Source: an uncultured Gemmatimonadales bacterium (GTDB lineage Bacteria; Gemmatimonadota; Gemmatimonadetes; Longimicrobiales; RSA9). Taken from it: a stretch of 64,000 bases of DNA. The DNA is taken from the NCBI GenBank assembly GCA_963708135.1, contig OY970192.1:3488001-3552000 (forward strand). Reading direction: 5' to 3'. This document shows, piece by piece, positions 31,518 to 41,818 of this stretch (positions within the stretch are counted from its first letter, which is position 1; every line of letters begins with the position of its first letter). Made by a program: the position numbers and the translations under genes. Under the pieces are notes generated by a model, which saw only the letters and a list, made by a program, of their open reading frames with translations, searched no databases and was not told the DNA's origin.

Positions 31518-32591
31518 TCAGCACTCGATCCTCAGCAGTCCCGCGCGCGCGCTCGCCCGCAGGAACGTCTCCGGGTCGTCCACGGGGATATCGGCTCCCG
31601 TACGCACGCGCTCGCGCTCGGCCTCCCGACGCATGAACTGTGCGATGGTGTCTCCCGCGGATCCGCGCGCATCCCGCAGCTGCCGCAGAATGTCCAGCCA
31701 GCTGCCCGCGTACACCCGGCCGTCGCTGGTCTGTACCCTGTGCAGCACGGCCGGAGCCGGCACCGGCTCCGCCACCACGCGCGCCTCGTCCGGGATCTCC
31801 ACCGCGGCCTCCAGCTCCGCCAGCAGATCATCGAGCGGGTCCGACTCCGCCTCGATCTCTTCCAGCCGCTTCTCCCAGACCGCCACTTCCGGCCCGCCGA
31901 GCTGCACCCCCTCGATCGCCCGCTTCAGCTCGAGCAGCCGCCAGATCGCCAACGTGTCCCAGTGCTCCGCCACCGGTACCGCCTCGAACTCCCGCAGCGC
32001 CCGCTTCCACTCCCCACGGTCGTACAGCAGGTGCGCCAGGTAGATCCGCGCCTCGTGCTGTTGCGCGTCGATCTGCAACGCCCGCCGCAGCCGGCGCCTC
32101 GCCGCAACCTCGTCCCCCAGCCGGTGGAGCGTGTAGCCCAGCGCCGCCTCCGCCTCCGCACACTCCACCTGCGCCGCCGCCGCCTCTACGAAAACCTCGC
32201 GCGCCTCGTTGAACAGCCGCTCGCGGTAGAGCGCCCGGCCCATCGAGAGCAGCAGGTCAATGTCCTCCAATGCGCCGATACGGCGCGCCTTCTCGAACAG
32301 CTCCAGCGCCTCCTGCCGGCCCCCGAAGCGCAGCAGCACCTCGCCCAGCCCCACCAGCCCGTCCTCGTGCTCCGGATCCAGCACCAGCCCCCGCTCGAAC
32401 GCCTGCCGTGCCCACCCGAACTCCTCCCGCGCCAGCCGGGTGTAGCCCAGCCCGACGTGCAGCTCGACCGAATGCGGATACAGCTGGAGGGCCTCCTTCA
32501 GCGTGTCCAGCGCGCCGTCGTAATCTCCACTGTCGTAGAGCTTGTGCGCGCGTTCGTCGTACTCCTCTGAGCTGAGGAACGGAGCGGGCAT
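31518..32591 (-). CDS. TPR protein
   Basis: Repeated TPR consensus (..ALQLYP..LHVGLG.., ..LVLDPEH..); RBS GAGGAGG. Confidence 0.85.
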   Translation of the reverse strand: MPAPFLSSEEYDERAHKLYDSGDYDGALDTLKEALQLYPHSVELHVGLGYTRLAREEFGWARQAFERGLVLDPEHEDGLVGLGEVLLRFGGRQEALELFEKARRIGALEDIDLLLSMGRALYRERLFNEAREVFVEAAAAQVECAEAEAALGYTLHRLGDEVAARRRLRRALQIDAQQHEARIYLAHLLYDRGEWKRALREFEAVPVAEHWDTLAIWRLLELKRAIEGVQLGGPEVAVWEKRLEEIEAESDPLDDLLAELEAAVEIPDEARVVAEPVPAPAVLHRVQTSDGRVYAGSWLDILRQLRDARGSAGDTIAQFMRREAERERVRTGADIPVDDPETFLRASARAGLLRIEC

Positions 32592-32786
32592 CAGCGCCTC
32601 CTCTCGCCGCGAGAGATCCGTGGTGCGGAAGGTTCGGAAGAGACGCCGCGGAAGCGGCAACCACAATGTAATGTGCCGGGCAGCATCCTGCTACCCCCAC
32701 ATCTGGTGCTTCCGGCCCCCCTGGTGGCCGCCTTTGCCGCCCCCGACGCAGCACGGCAAGAGAGCGCCCCCCGAGCCTCGACGCTC

Positions 32787-34772
32787 TCAGCGTCCGGGCC
32801 GCCCCGTGCCGGGGTTTGCAGTACCGGGGTTCGCAGTGCCGCCGTTCGCAGTGCCCCCGTTCGCGGTGCCGCCGTTCGCCCTCCCCCGCTCAGATGGGAG
32901 CGGCGTGTCCTGCACGGGCGAGTAGAGCCAGGCCTGATCGACCGGCAGGCCGCGCGGGAAGCGGTCCCGGGCGGTGGGGTAGCGGTCGAAGGGGAGCCCG
33001 TACTTGCGATCGAGATAGAAGTTGATGGCGTTCGCCACGTAACCGGAGGCGATGTAGCCCTCGACGCCATGCTCGAGGAGCATGGCGGCGACGATCTCGG
33101 GGGAATCCTTGCCCTTGGGGCCGCCGATGCCGACAAACCAGGCGTGGTCGGGCCCGTGGGGATTCTGGGCGGTGCCGGTCTTGCCCATGAAGTCCCAGTC
33201 CTTGAGCCGGCTGAGGAAGGCGGTGCCGCCGGGCCCCACGACGCGGCGCAGCCCGCGACGCAGCCATTCGACCTGGTCGGGATCGAGTTGGAGGTCGAGG
33301 GTCGGCTTTCGGGGCTTGCCGTCATCGACCATGTGCGGCTCGGGCGCGCGCGCGTCCCAGCGCGCGAGGGCGGTGTAGATCTGGGCCATCTTGAGCGGGG
33401 TCATGGTGACGGCGCCCTGCCCGATGGCGAGGGACATGACCTCGGGCTCCTGGGGCCGATAGCCGAAGCGCTGCTGCATCCAGTCGAGGCTTGGCGGGAA
33501 GATCGGGGAGAACTCGCCAGGCACATCGATGCCGGTGCGGCTTCCGAAGCCGAGGCGTGTGCCCTCCTCCAGGAAGTTGCGCAGTCCGATCTTGATGCCG
33601 ACCTGGTAGAAGTAGACGTCGCAGGAGTTCTTGATGGCGCCTGGCAGGTCGAGGTATCCGTGGCCGGGCTTGTACCAGCAGCGGGCGTAGCGGCCCTGGT
33701 AGCTCATGCCGCCGGTGCAGGGCAGCGGCATGTGCTCGGTCGGGGTGATGTCGCCGTGCTCGAGGGCCATGGCAGCGACGGCCAGCTTGAAGGTGGAGCC
33801 GGGCGGCTGCGCTGCCTTGGCGGCGCGGTCGAGCAGGGGGATGCGGGGGTTCTCCCGCAGCGCGTTCCAGAGCCTGAGCGGGATGCCACCGACGAAGTCG
33901 TTGGGGTCGAATTCGGGCGAGCCGTAGTAGGCGAGGACGCCGCCGGTGGCGGGGTCGATCGCGATGAAGCCGCCATTCATGGAATCGGGGAAGATCTGCT
34001 CGACGTAGCGCTGGAGGTCGAGATCGAGGTAGAGGTGGAGATCGCGGCCGGGGATCGGCGGGAGGCCCATGCTCCTGGGGAGCCAGCGCTTGATGCGTCC
34101 CATGGCATCGACCTCGAGGTAGCGCATGCCGGGATTGCCGCCGAGCGTCGACTCATACTCCCGCTCGAGGCCGTCCTTGCCGATCCAGCGGCCCTGGCGA
34201 TAGCCGGTGAACTGCGGCAGGGCAAGCTCCTTCTCGCTGATCTCGGCCACGTAGCCGATGAAGTGGGAGACCGCGGGGCCGGCCTCGTAGTGGCGCTTCG
34301 GGTACTCGTCCACGAGCACGCGCGGGAAGAGGAACCGCCGCTCCTCGAGGCGGGCGACCTGAACCGGGTCGGCGTCGGACAGGACCACCATCGGCAGGTT
34401 GCGCTGGCGCAGCCACTTGCGCATGGCGGTCTGGAGGTCGCCGGGGGTGAGGTCGAGGATCGGCCGAAGGCGCTCGAGCTGCGCCTGGAGCGAGTCCTTC
34501 GGTCCGGGCATGAGCTCCACGCGATATGCCACGATATTGTCGGCGACGACGCGGCCATGGCGATCGTAGATCGCCCCTCGTGGTGCGGGCACGACCAGGG
34601 GCCGCAGCCGGTTCTCTCGCGCGAGGGTGGTGTACGCCTTGACGTCCATGACCTGCAGCTTCAGGAGCGCGAAGCCGAGGGCGAGCACGGTGACGACGGC
34701 CAGCACGCGCGCCCACTGGGCGCGGTTCCGGCGCAGGCCGAGAGGCGAAGTCCTTCGACTGGTCCGACGCAT
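32787..34772 (-). CDS. mrdA: Penicillin-binding protein 2 (class B)
   Basis: APRGAIYDRHG, PGSTFK (SxxK), SCDVYFY, GKTGTAQ. Confidence 0.93.
   Translation of the reverse strand: MRRTSRRTSPLGLRRNRAQWARVLAVVTVLALGFALLKLQVMDVKAYTTLARENRLRPLVVPAPRGAIYDRHGRVVADNIVAYRVELMPGPKDSLQAQLERLRPILDLTPGDLQTAMRKWLRQRNLPMVVLSDADPVQVARLEERRFLFPRVLVDEYPKRHYEAGPAVSHFIGYVAEISEKELALPQFTGYRQGRWIGKDGLEREYESTLGGNPGMRYLEVDAMGRIKRWLPRSMGLPPIPGRDLHLYLDLDLQRYVEQIFPDSMNGGFIAIDPATGGVLAYYGSPEFDPNDFVGGIPLRLWNALRENPRIPLLDRAAKAAQPPGSTFKLAVAAMALEHGDITPTEHMPLPCTGGMSYQGRYARCWYKPGHGYLDLPGAIKNSCDVYFYQVGIKIGLRNFLEEGTRLGFGSRTGIDVPGEFSPIFPPSLDWMQQRFGYRPQEPEVMSLAIGQGAVTMTPLKMAQIYTALARWDARAPEPHMVDDGKPRKPTLDLQLDPDQVEWLRRGLRRVVGPGGTAFLSRLKDWDFMGKTGTAQNPHGPDHAWFVGIGGPKGKDSPEIVAAMLLEHGVEGYIASGYVANAINFYLDRKYGLPFDRYPTARDRFPRGLPVDQAWLYSPVQDTPLPSERGRANGGTANGGTANGGTANPGTANPGTGRPGR
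32806..32880. repeat. 5 x 15-bp tandem repeat in the mrdA 3' end
   Basis: GTRCCSSSGTTYGCN x5, encoding (ANGGT)3(ANPGT)2. Confidence 0.9.
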
Positions 34773-34878
34773 CTTCCTCTATCGAGCTACGGGCGCGGCG
34801 GGTCCAGGGTACCCCGCCGGCACACGCGAATCGCGAAGGGTGTCGGAGCAGCGGTGGGCAAGTGCCGTTCCGCGCGCT

Positions 34879-36246
34879 TCAGGCGCGGCCGACCTCCTCG
34901 AGCCCGAACTTGCGAAGCTTCTCGTAGAGCGTCGCGCGGGAGATGCCGAGGGAGCGCGCGGCCTGGGAGCGGTTGCCGCCACGGTGGGTCAGGACGGCGG
35001 CTATGTGGGCCCGCTCGACCTCCTCGAGGCTGAGATCGAGGTCGAACGCGCGCGGCTGCTCGGGGAGCGGCCGCCCCAGCTCGGGCGGCAGGTGCTCGGG
35101 CCGGATCTCTCCGTCAGCGCCGCGCAGGAGCAGCACGCGCTCGAGCACGTTGCGCAGCTCGCGGATGTTGCCGGGCCAGGCGTAGGCGGCGAGCAGCCGC
35201 AATGCTTCGGGGTCGACGCGCACTGGAGCCAGCCCCATGCGCCGACACAGGTCCGCGGTGGCGCTGAGGGCGAGGTCCACGATGTCGTCGCGGCTGCGCT
35301 CGCGCAGCGGTGGGAGGCGCACGGGCAGGACGGCCAGCCGATAGTAGAGGTCGCCGCGGAACTCGCCCGTGCGGACCCCGGCCTCCAGATCGTGGTTGGT
35401 GGCGGCGACGACGCGCACGTCCACCTCGATCTCGCGCGTCCCGCCCAGCCGCCGAAATTTCCGGCTCTCGATGACCTTCAGCAGCTTCGGCTGCAGCTCG
35501 GTCGCGAGATCGCCCACCTCGTCGAGGAAGAGCGTGCCGCCGTCGGCGATCTCGAAGAGCCCGCGCTTCTGCGCGCGCGCATCCGTGAAGGCGCCCTTCT
35601 CGTGGCCGAAGAGCTCCGAGTCGAGGAAGGTCGCCGTCAGGCCCGCGCAGTTGATGTTGACGAACGGCCCGGCCGCGCGGGCGGAGCGGGTGTGGATGAG
35701 GTGGGCGAGATACCCCTTGCCCGTGCCGGTCTCGCCCAGGAGCAGCGCGGTCGTGTCGCTGCGGGCGAGCAGCTCCACCTGCTCCGTGACCGCACGCATC
35801 GCGCGCGACCGGCCGAGCTCGAAGCCGATCCCCTCTCCCTCCGCCTGGCGCTCCGCGAAGAAGCGGTTGCGGCGGCGCAGCTCGACCTTCTCGTAAGCGC
35901 GCTCCGCCGCGGCTTCCAGGTGCGCCAGCTCGACGGGCTTGGTGAGGAAGTTCTCCGCGCCCAGCCGCATCGCCTCGACTGCGCTCGCGATGTCGCCGTG
36001 GCCCGTCAGCAGGATGACGGTGGCATCGGCATCTCGCCGGCGCAGCACCTCGAGCAGCCGCATGCCGGAGAGGCCGGGAAGGTCGAGGTCGAGGATGACC
36101 AGGTCCGGCCGGTCCTGCTCGTAGAGCTGCGCCCCCAGCCGCCCATCGGCGGCGCGGGAGACCAGCCAGCCACGCGACTCGAAGAACCGCTCGAGCAGCG
36201 AGAGGATCGCCGGATCATCGTCGATGAGGAGCACGGACCGGCTCAT
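34879..36246 (-). CDS. Sigma54-dependent response regulator (REC-AAA+-Fis)
   Basis: LLIDDD, DLDLP, GETGTGK, ELFGHEKGAFTDA, WPGNIREL, Fis HTH. Confidence 0.95.
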   Translation of the reverse strand: MSRSVLLIDDDPAILSLLERFFESRGWLVSRAADGRLGAQLYEQDRPDLVILDLDLPGLSGMRLLEVLRRRDADATVILLTGHGDIASAVEAMRLGAENFLTKPVELAHLEAAAERAYEKVELRRRNRFFAERQAEGEGIGFELGRSRAMRAVTEQVELLARSDTTALLLGETGTGKGYLAHLIHTRSARAAGPFVNINCAGLTATFLDSELFGHEKGAFTDARAQKRGLFEIADGGTLFLDEVGDLATELQPKLLKVIESRKFRRLGGTREIEVDVRVVAATNHDLEAGVRTGEFRGDLYYRLAVLPVRLPPLRERSRDDIVDLALSATADLCRRMGLAPVRVDPEALRLLAAYAWPGNIRELRNVLERVLLLRGADGEIRPEHLPPELGRPLPEQPRAFDLDLSLEEVERAHIAAVLTHRGGNRSQAARSLGISRATLYEKLRKFGLEEVGRA

Positions 36247-37694
36247 CGCTCCTCGCCGCGGAGGCCGGCGCCGCCATCCGCGGGGACGGGCGCGGCCGCG
36301 CTGTCGACTTCGAGGGGCGCCGAGCCGCCCGTTTCCGGCGCTTCGGCGGCACGCACGGGGACGAGGAACCGCACGCGCGTGACCCGCCGCTCCTGCGCCT
36401 CCTCCACGATCAGGCGGGCGCCCGACTCGAGCGCCACCACGTCGCCGGGCTGCGGCACGCGCCCGAGCTCGCCGAAGATGAATCCGCCGAGAGTGTCGAA
36501 ATCGCGCTCCGGCAGGCCGAGCCGGAAGCGCTCGTTGACCTCGCCGATGCTCGCGCCGCCGTCGATGAGGACGTCGCCCTCGGCGGTGACGGTGAACTCC
36601 TCGGGCTCCGGCTGGTCGTACTCGTCGTAGATGTCGCCCACGATCTCCTCGAGCAGATCCTCCAGCGTGACGAGCCCCTCGGTGCCGCCGAACTCATCGA
36701 GCACGATGGCCAGGTGCGGCTTCTGCGCCCGGAACTCCGAGAGCAGGTCGCTCACCGGCTTCGTGTCCGGGATGAAATGCGGCTCCCGCACCACGGAACG
36801 CAGATCGAACCGACCTTCACCGGCCATGAGCTGTGCGACCAGATCCTTCACGAACAGCACGCCGACCACGCTGTCGAGGTTGCCCTCGTACACGGGGATG
36901 CGCGAGTGAGCCTCCTGCGTCACCACGCGCAGCACCTCCTCGCGTGGCGCATCCAGCGGGAGCGCGACAATGTCCCGGCGCGGAGTCATGACTTCGCGGG
37001 CGACGAGGTCGCCGAACTCGAAGACGCCGCGGATCATCCGTTCCTCCCCTTCCTCCACGAAACCCTCCTGATGGCTCTCTTCCACCAGGATCCGGATCTC
37101 CTCCGGCGTATGCGCCAGCGTATGCACGCCCGTGGCACGCATGCCGAGGAGGCGCATCACCAGCCCCGCAGACCCGGTCATGCCCCGGATGAAGGGGCGT
37201 AACGCGGCACCGAACAGCTGCGTCGGCCGCACCGTGGACAGCGCAACGCGCTCCGCCCGCTGGATCGAGATCATCTTCGGCACCTGCTCGCCGAGCACGA
37301 CGTGCAGATAGGTGACGAGGGCCAGCGTGAGGGCCGTCGCGGCCACGTGGGCCACGGCAGACGCATCGCGCACGAGCGGCAGCGCCGCGGCCCAGGCGCG
37401 CAGCGGCAGCTGGTCGCCGTACGCCAGCAGCACGGCATGGAGCACGCCCTCCGAGATGTAGCCGATGCCGATCGAGGCCAGCGTGATGCCGAGCTGCGCC
37501 GCGGAGATGAAGTCATCCGGGCGGTCGAGCGCCGCCATGACATGGCGCGCGCGCGTGTGTCCGGCGCGCACGAGCTGCTCCACGCGCGACCGGCGGACGG
37601 CCACCAGGGAAAACTCGGCTGCGACGAAGTAGGCGTTGATGCCGACGAGCACCAACACGGAAAGAAGGCTGAGGACTATACTCGCGGGGTCCAT
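36243..37694 (-). CDS. Hemolysin-family CNNM/CBS/CorC protein
   Basis: FVAAEFSLV, QLGIT, GEQVPK, DEFGGTEG..EDLLEEIVG. Confidence 0.93.
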   Translation of the reverse strand: MDPASIVLSLLSVLVLVGINAYFVAAEFSLVAVRRSRVEQLVRAGHTRARHVMAALDRPDDFISAAQLGITLASIGIGYISEGVLHAVLLAYGDQLPLRAWAAALPLVRDASAVAHVAATALTLALVTYLHVVLGEQVPKMISIQRAERVALSTVRPTQLFGAALRPFIRGMTGSAGLVMRLLGMRATGVHTLAHTPEEIRILVEESHQEGFVEEGEERMIRGVFEFGDLVAREVMTPRRDIVALPLDAPREEVLRVVTQEAHSRIPVYEGNLDSVVGVLFVKDLVAQLMAGEGRFDLRSVVREPHFIPDTKPVSDLLSEFRAQKPHLAIVLDEFGGTEGLVTLEDLLEEIVGDIYDEYDQPEPEEFTVTAEGDVLIDGGASIGEVNERFRLGLPERDFDTLGGFIFGELGRVPQPGDVVALESGARLIVEEAQERRVTRVRFLVPVRAAEAPETGGSAPLEVDSAAAPVPADGGAGLRGEER

Positions 37695-37763
37695 ATGGGG
37701 ACGGGCCCGCCGCCACGCCCCGCCCGGCCGTGAGCCAGCGGGGCGCGGGGCACGCACGGCGGG

Positions 37764-38048
37764 TCAGGCTGCGTTTGCTTCCTCTCTCGAGAGCGCAGTA
37801 TGTTCCTTGCCGTGCGGAATCACCGGCTGGCAGAAGCGGATGCCCAGGGCCCTCAACTCATCCAGCTCCGGCTTCGCAAGCTCCGGGTACCTCTCGGTCA
37901 TGAAGCCGACCGTCTCCTCCATCCATTCGCGCTGCGCATCTGCGGGCGCATCGAGGACGCCGCACTCCCGGATTGCCCGGAAAAGCTCGTCCCGCGCCCT
38001 GTCCATCGGGCGCGCGCGGTGTTTGCGATCATCTCTCCTACGTGCCAA
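37764..38048 (-). CDS. Small hypothetical protein (TTG start proposed; ATG 38087 alternative)
   Basis: MDRARDELF..CGV..ERYPEL..G.RFCQP; AAAGGAG lies 5 nt before TTG 38048. Confidence 0.7.
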   Translation of the reverse strand: MARRRDDRKHRARPMDRARDELFRAIRECGVLDAPADAQREWMEETVGFMTERYPELAKPELDELRALGIRFCQPVIPHGKEHTALSREEANAA

Positions 38049-38092
38049 ACCGGCTCCTTTCGCCAAGTGGAAGTCTCGCTTCTGCATGAAGA

Positions 38093-38108
38093 TACACGTG
38101 GTGTGCCA
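38093..38108 (-). promoter_or_regulatory. Sigma54-like motif (GT at -12)
   Basis: TGGCACA-CCAC-GTGTA. Confidence 0.35.
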
Positions 38109-38148
38109 CCCCTATGCAGCCCATGAAATATAGGGCATCGCGCTCCCC

Positions 38149-39768
38149 ATGAAAAGACCGATCCCCGGTTTCGATCCGGTGCGTCTGGAGATCTACCGCC
38201 ACCTCTTCACCGCGCTGGCGGAGGAGATGGGCGCCGCGCTGCGCCTGGCGGCCTTCTCCCCCAACATCAAGGAGCGCCGCGACTACTCGTGCGCGGTATT
38301 CGATGGCAGCGGGCGAGTGGTGGCGATGGGGGACCACATGCCGGTGCACCTGGGCGCCATGCCGATGAGCGTGGCCGCGGCGCTGGACGCCCTCGGGCCA
38401 CTGTCGGCCGGGGATGTGGTGGCGTTGAACGACCCCTACCGCGGCGGCACGCACCTCCCCGACATCACCCTCGTGGCGGCGGTGGCCGGAGAGGAGGGGC
38501 CGCTGGCCTATCTGGCGGCGCGGGCGCATCACGCGGACGTGGGCGGGGTGACGGCGGGGTCGATGCCGCTGGCGCGCGAGATCTACCAGGAAGGACTGCG
38601 GCTTCCGCCGGTGCGGCTCCTTGCCCAGGGACGGCGGGTGGAGGATGTCTGGCATCTGATCGAGGCGAACGTCCGAACGCCGGAGGAGCGTGCCGGCGAC
38701 CTGTCGGCGCAGGTGGCGGCGCTCACGGCGGGAGAGCGTCGCCTGCGGGAGCTGGTGGAGCGGCGCGGCGCGGCGGAGGTCCGGAGCGCGATGGCGGCAC
38801 TGCTGGCGTACGCCGACCGGCTGGTGCGGACCGGGATCGCGCGCATCCCGCCCGGCCGCTACGAGGCGGCGGACGTGATGGACGACGACGGCTTCGGCTC
38901 CGGTCCGCTTCCGATCCGCGCCGCCATCACGGTGACCGGAGAAACGCTGACCGTGGACTTCACGGGGACGGCGCCGCAGGCGGAGGGGGGCATCAACGCG
39001 GTGGCGGCGATCACGACCTCGTGCGTCCGCTACGTCGTCCGCTGCGTGGTCGAGGCGCTGCTCGGCCAGGCGCTGCCGGCCGGAGGCGGCGCGATGGATG
39101 CCGTGCGGCTGGTCCTCCCGCCCGGCTCGCTGGTGGACGCGCGCCCGCCGGCGAGCGTGGCGGCCGGGAACGTCGAGACCTCGCAGCGGATCACGGACGT
39201 CGTGCTCTCGGCGCTCGCCGGGGCGCTTCCCGACCTCATCCCGGCGGCCTCGCAAGGCACGATGAACAACCTGACGATCGGCGGGCTCGACCCGCGCACG
39301 GGCCGGCCGTTCGCGTATTACGAGACGATCGCCGGCGGCATGGGTGGGGGGCCGGGAGGCCCAGGTCTGTCCGGAGTCCACGTCCACATGACCAACTCGC
39401 TGAACACCCCGATCGAGGCGCTCGAGCATGCCTATCCGCTACGCGTTCGCCGCTACGCGTTGCGCCGGGGCAGCGGCGGCACCGGACTCCACCCGGGCGG
39501 GGAGGGGGTGCGGCGGGATGTGGAGGTGCTGGGCGACGCCGACGTGAGCCTGCTGAGCGAGCGCCGCGCGAGCCGGCCGCCGGGCGCGGCGGGTGGAGGC
39601 GCGGGGGCGGCGGGCGAGAACGCGCTGATCCGGGGCGGCGAGGCGCGGCCGCTCCCCGCCAAGACCACGTTCCGTGCGCGCGCCGGCGACACCGTCAGCA
39701 TCCGCACGCCGGGCGGCGGCGGGTGGGGCGAGGCGCCGCGGAGCGGCGACGGCCTCAATCGGGCTTGA
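38149..39768 (+). CDS. Hydantoinase B/oxoprolinase family protein
   Basis: SPNIKERRDYS, NDPYRGGTHLPD, HMTNSLNTPIE, TPGGGGWG. Confidence 0.93.
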   Translation: MKRPIPGFDPVRLEIYRHLFTALAEEMGAALRLAAFSPNIKERRDYSCAVFDGSGRVVAMGDHMPVHLGAMPMSVAAALDALGPLSAGDVVALNDPYRGGTHLPDITLVAAVAGEEGPLAYLAARAHHADVGGVTAGSMPLAREIYQEGLRLPPVRLLAQGRRVEDVWHLIEANVRTPEERAGDLSAQVAALTAGERRLRELVERRGAAEVRSAMAALLAYADRLVRTGIARIPPGRYEAADVMDDDGFGSGPLPIRAAITVTGETLTVDFTGTAPQAEGGINAVAAITTSCVRYVVRCVVEALLGQALPAGGGAMDAVRLVLPPGSLVDARPPASVAAGNVETSQRITDVVLSALAGALPDLIPAASQGTMNNLTIGGLDPRTGRPFAYYETIAGGMGGGPGGPGLSGVHVHMTNSLNTPIEALEHAYPLRVRRYALRRGSGGTGLHPGGEGVRRDVEVLGDADVSLLSERRASRPPGAAGGGAGAAGENALIRGGEARPLPAKTTFRARAGDTVSIRTPGGGGWGEAPRSGDGLNRA

Positions 39769-40411
39769 GCAGCCCCGTCCGGAGCGCGAAGCGGACGAGC
39801 TCGGACCGGTGGTTCAGTCCGAGCTTCTCCATGATGCGGGAGCGGTACGTGTCGACGGTCTTGGGGGAGATGAACAGCTTGCGGCCGATCTCGGCCGAGC
39901 TGAACCCCTCCGCAGTCTGGCCGAGCACCTCCCGCTCCCGGTCACTCAGCACGGACAGCGGACTCTTCTCCCTGTCCTCCTCCGCCTGCTTGTAGCGCCG
40001 CAGCAGGAGGCGCGTCGCGCTGGGATAGAGGAACACTTCGTCACGCGCCACGGTGCGAAGCGCCTGGATCAGGTCCAGGTCGGCGCTGGTCTTGGTGACG
40101 TAGCCGCTGCCGCCCGCCTCGAGCACGGGCAGAAGATACTCCTCCTCCGCGTGCACCGTCAGGACCAGGACCTTCGTGCCGAGACCCATCTCCGCGATCT
40201 TCTTCGTCGCTTCCAGCCCACCCATCCCCGGCATCGAGAGGTCCATCACCACCACGTCCGGCTTCAGCGCCTTCACCTTGTCGATGGATTCCTCCCCCGT
40301 CGCGGCCTCCCCCACCACGCGCAGGTCCTCCTCCGCATCCAGCAGCGCCTTCAGCCCCGCCCGCAGCACGGTGTGGTCATCCACGAGCACCAAGCGGATC
40401 ACATCAGACAC
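39755..40411 (-). CDS. NarL/LuxR-family response regulator
   Basis: VDDH, MDLSMP, LSDREREVL..ISPKTVDTYR. Confidence 0.95.
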   Translation of the reverse strand: MSDVIRLVLVDDHTVLRAGLKALLDAEEDLRVVGEAATGEESIDKVKALKPDVVVMDLSMPGMGGLEATKKIAEMGLGTKVLVLTVHAEEEYLLPVLEAGGSGYVTKTSADLDLIQALRTVARDEVFLYPSATRLLLRRYKQAEEDREKSPLSVLSDREREVLGQTAEGFSSAEIGRKLFISPKTVDTYRSRIMEKLGLNHRSELVRFALRTGLLKPD

Positions 40412-41432
40412 CGGCCCCTCCTTCGCGCACCGGGATCTCCGCCACGACACGCGTTCCCCTGCCTGGTTCACTCTCCACGGCCACCCGCCCCCCCACGTAC
40501 GAAGCCCGCTCCTGCATCCCGAACAGTCCCAGCCCCTTGCCCGTCTCGCTCATCGTCTCGCCCACGGCGAACCCCATGCCGTCATCCTCCACCGAGGCCA
40601 CCACACGCCCATCCTCCCGCGCCACCCGCACCTTCACCCGGCTCGCCTGCGCGTGGCGCGCCACGTTCGTCAGCGCCTCCTGCACGATCCGGTACAGCGC
40701 CAGCTCCGCCTCCGGCCGCAGCACCCCCTCCAGCGGCTGGCCATCCAGGTCCAGCCCGATCCCCACCGCCTCTGCCAGTCCGCGCGCATACGCTTCCAGC
40801 GCCGGAACCAGTCCCAACTCGTCCAGCGCCGGGGGACGCAGCCCCCGCGCGAACCGGCGAACCCCATCCAGCGCCTGCGATACCTCCTCCCGCACCTCCT
40901 CCAGCAGCGCCACCCGCCGCGCCGGATCCTCCGTGCGCTGCAGCACCCGCAAACGGATCAGCAGCGCCGCCAGCATCTGCGCCGTCTCGTCGTGCAGCTC
41001 CCGCGCGATCCGCTTGCGCTCCTCCTCCGCCGCCGTCAGCGCCTGCGCTGCCAGCTTGCGCAGCCGCTCCCGGTACTCCGCCAGGCCGTCCAGCATGGCG
41101 TTGAACGTCCGCACCAGCCCTTCAAGCTCCGCATCCGACAGCGGCGACTCCGGCGCCCTCGCCCCCAGATCCCCGGCCTGGACCTCCCGCGCCGTGTCCT
41201 CCAGCTCCCGTAGCGGCTCCAGCGCCAGACGCACGATCACGCCGTTCACCACCACGCTCAGCGCCACCCCAAGTACCACCAGCGGGAGGACGAGGTGCCC
41301 CGGCTCCCCGCCCCCATGCGTCCGCGCCCACGAGCTCACCACCAGCCCTCCCAGCACCGAGCTCGCCGCCACGAGGACCGCATTCGCGATCAGGATCTTG
41401 TAGAACAGCGAAACACGCAGCAGGCGGCGCAT
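40404..41432 (-). CDS. HisKA_3 sensor histidine kinase with HAMP domain
   Basis: Two TM, RIARELHD, QEALTN, DDGMGF, GLGLFGMQER. Confidence 0.95.
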   Translation of the reverse strand: MRRLLRVSLFYKILIANAVLVAASSVLGGLVVSSWARTHGGGEPGHLVLPLVVLGVALSVVVNGVIVRLALEPLRELEDTAREVQAGDLGARAPESPLSDAELEGLVRTFNAMLDGLAEYRERLRKLAAQALTAAEEERKRIARELHDETAQMLAALLIRLRVLQRTEDPARRVALLEEVREEVSQALDGVRRFARGLRPPALDELGLVPALEAYARGLAEAVGIGLDLDGQPLEGVLRPEAELALYRIVQEALTNVARHAQASRVKVRVAREDGRVVASVEDDGMGFAVGETMSETGKGLGLFGMQERASYVGGRVAVESEPGRGTRVVAEIPVREGGAGV

Positions 41433-41716
41433 GTGCGGGAAGTCGGCTCCGGTCCGGGGGTACGAGCGTGTCAAGTTGTCCCTCCATCCCTGCGGCCGCA
41501 AGACGGCGCGCGCCGCACGCAGACGCGCGCCAGCGCCCCGCAACGCCCGCGGCGGACGCCAGATTGCGACCGGGAGGAGGTAGACGGGACAATTCGTCAC
41601 AGGGCGGCCCCACGGATCGGACATTCTTCCGCATCCGGGCGGATGCAGCGAGGGCCGGAACCTCGCTCCGCGCAATGAGTTCGGTCGAACGATCGTTTCG
41701 GTACGGTGATTGAATC

Positions 41717-41732
41717 CGGCACAGATGGAGCC
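41717..41732 (+). promoter_or_regulatory. Putative sigma54 promoter of the TonB gene
   Basis: CGGCACA-GATG-GAGCC. Confidence 0.4.
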
Positions 41733-41818
41733 GTGTCGACGGGAAGCGCCGACGACGGGCCGGAACCTCACGGGCACGGTGGGCCATGGCAGCGCACCAG
41801 CAGGGACAAGAGGCGGTC

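Noticed and set aside
32806..32880. Tandem repeat as a possible CRISPR array
   Set aside because: 15-bp units without spacers, in frame within mrdA, no cas genes
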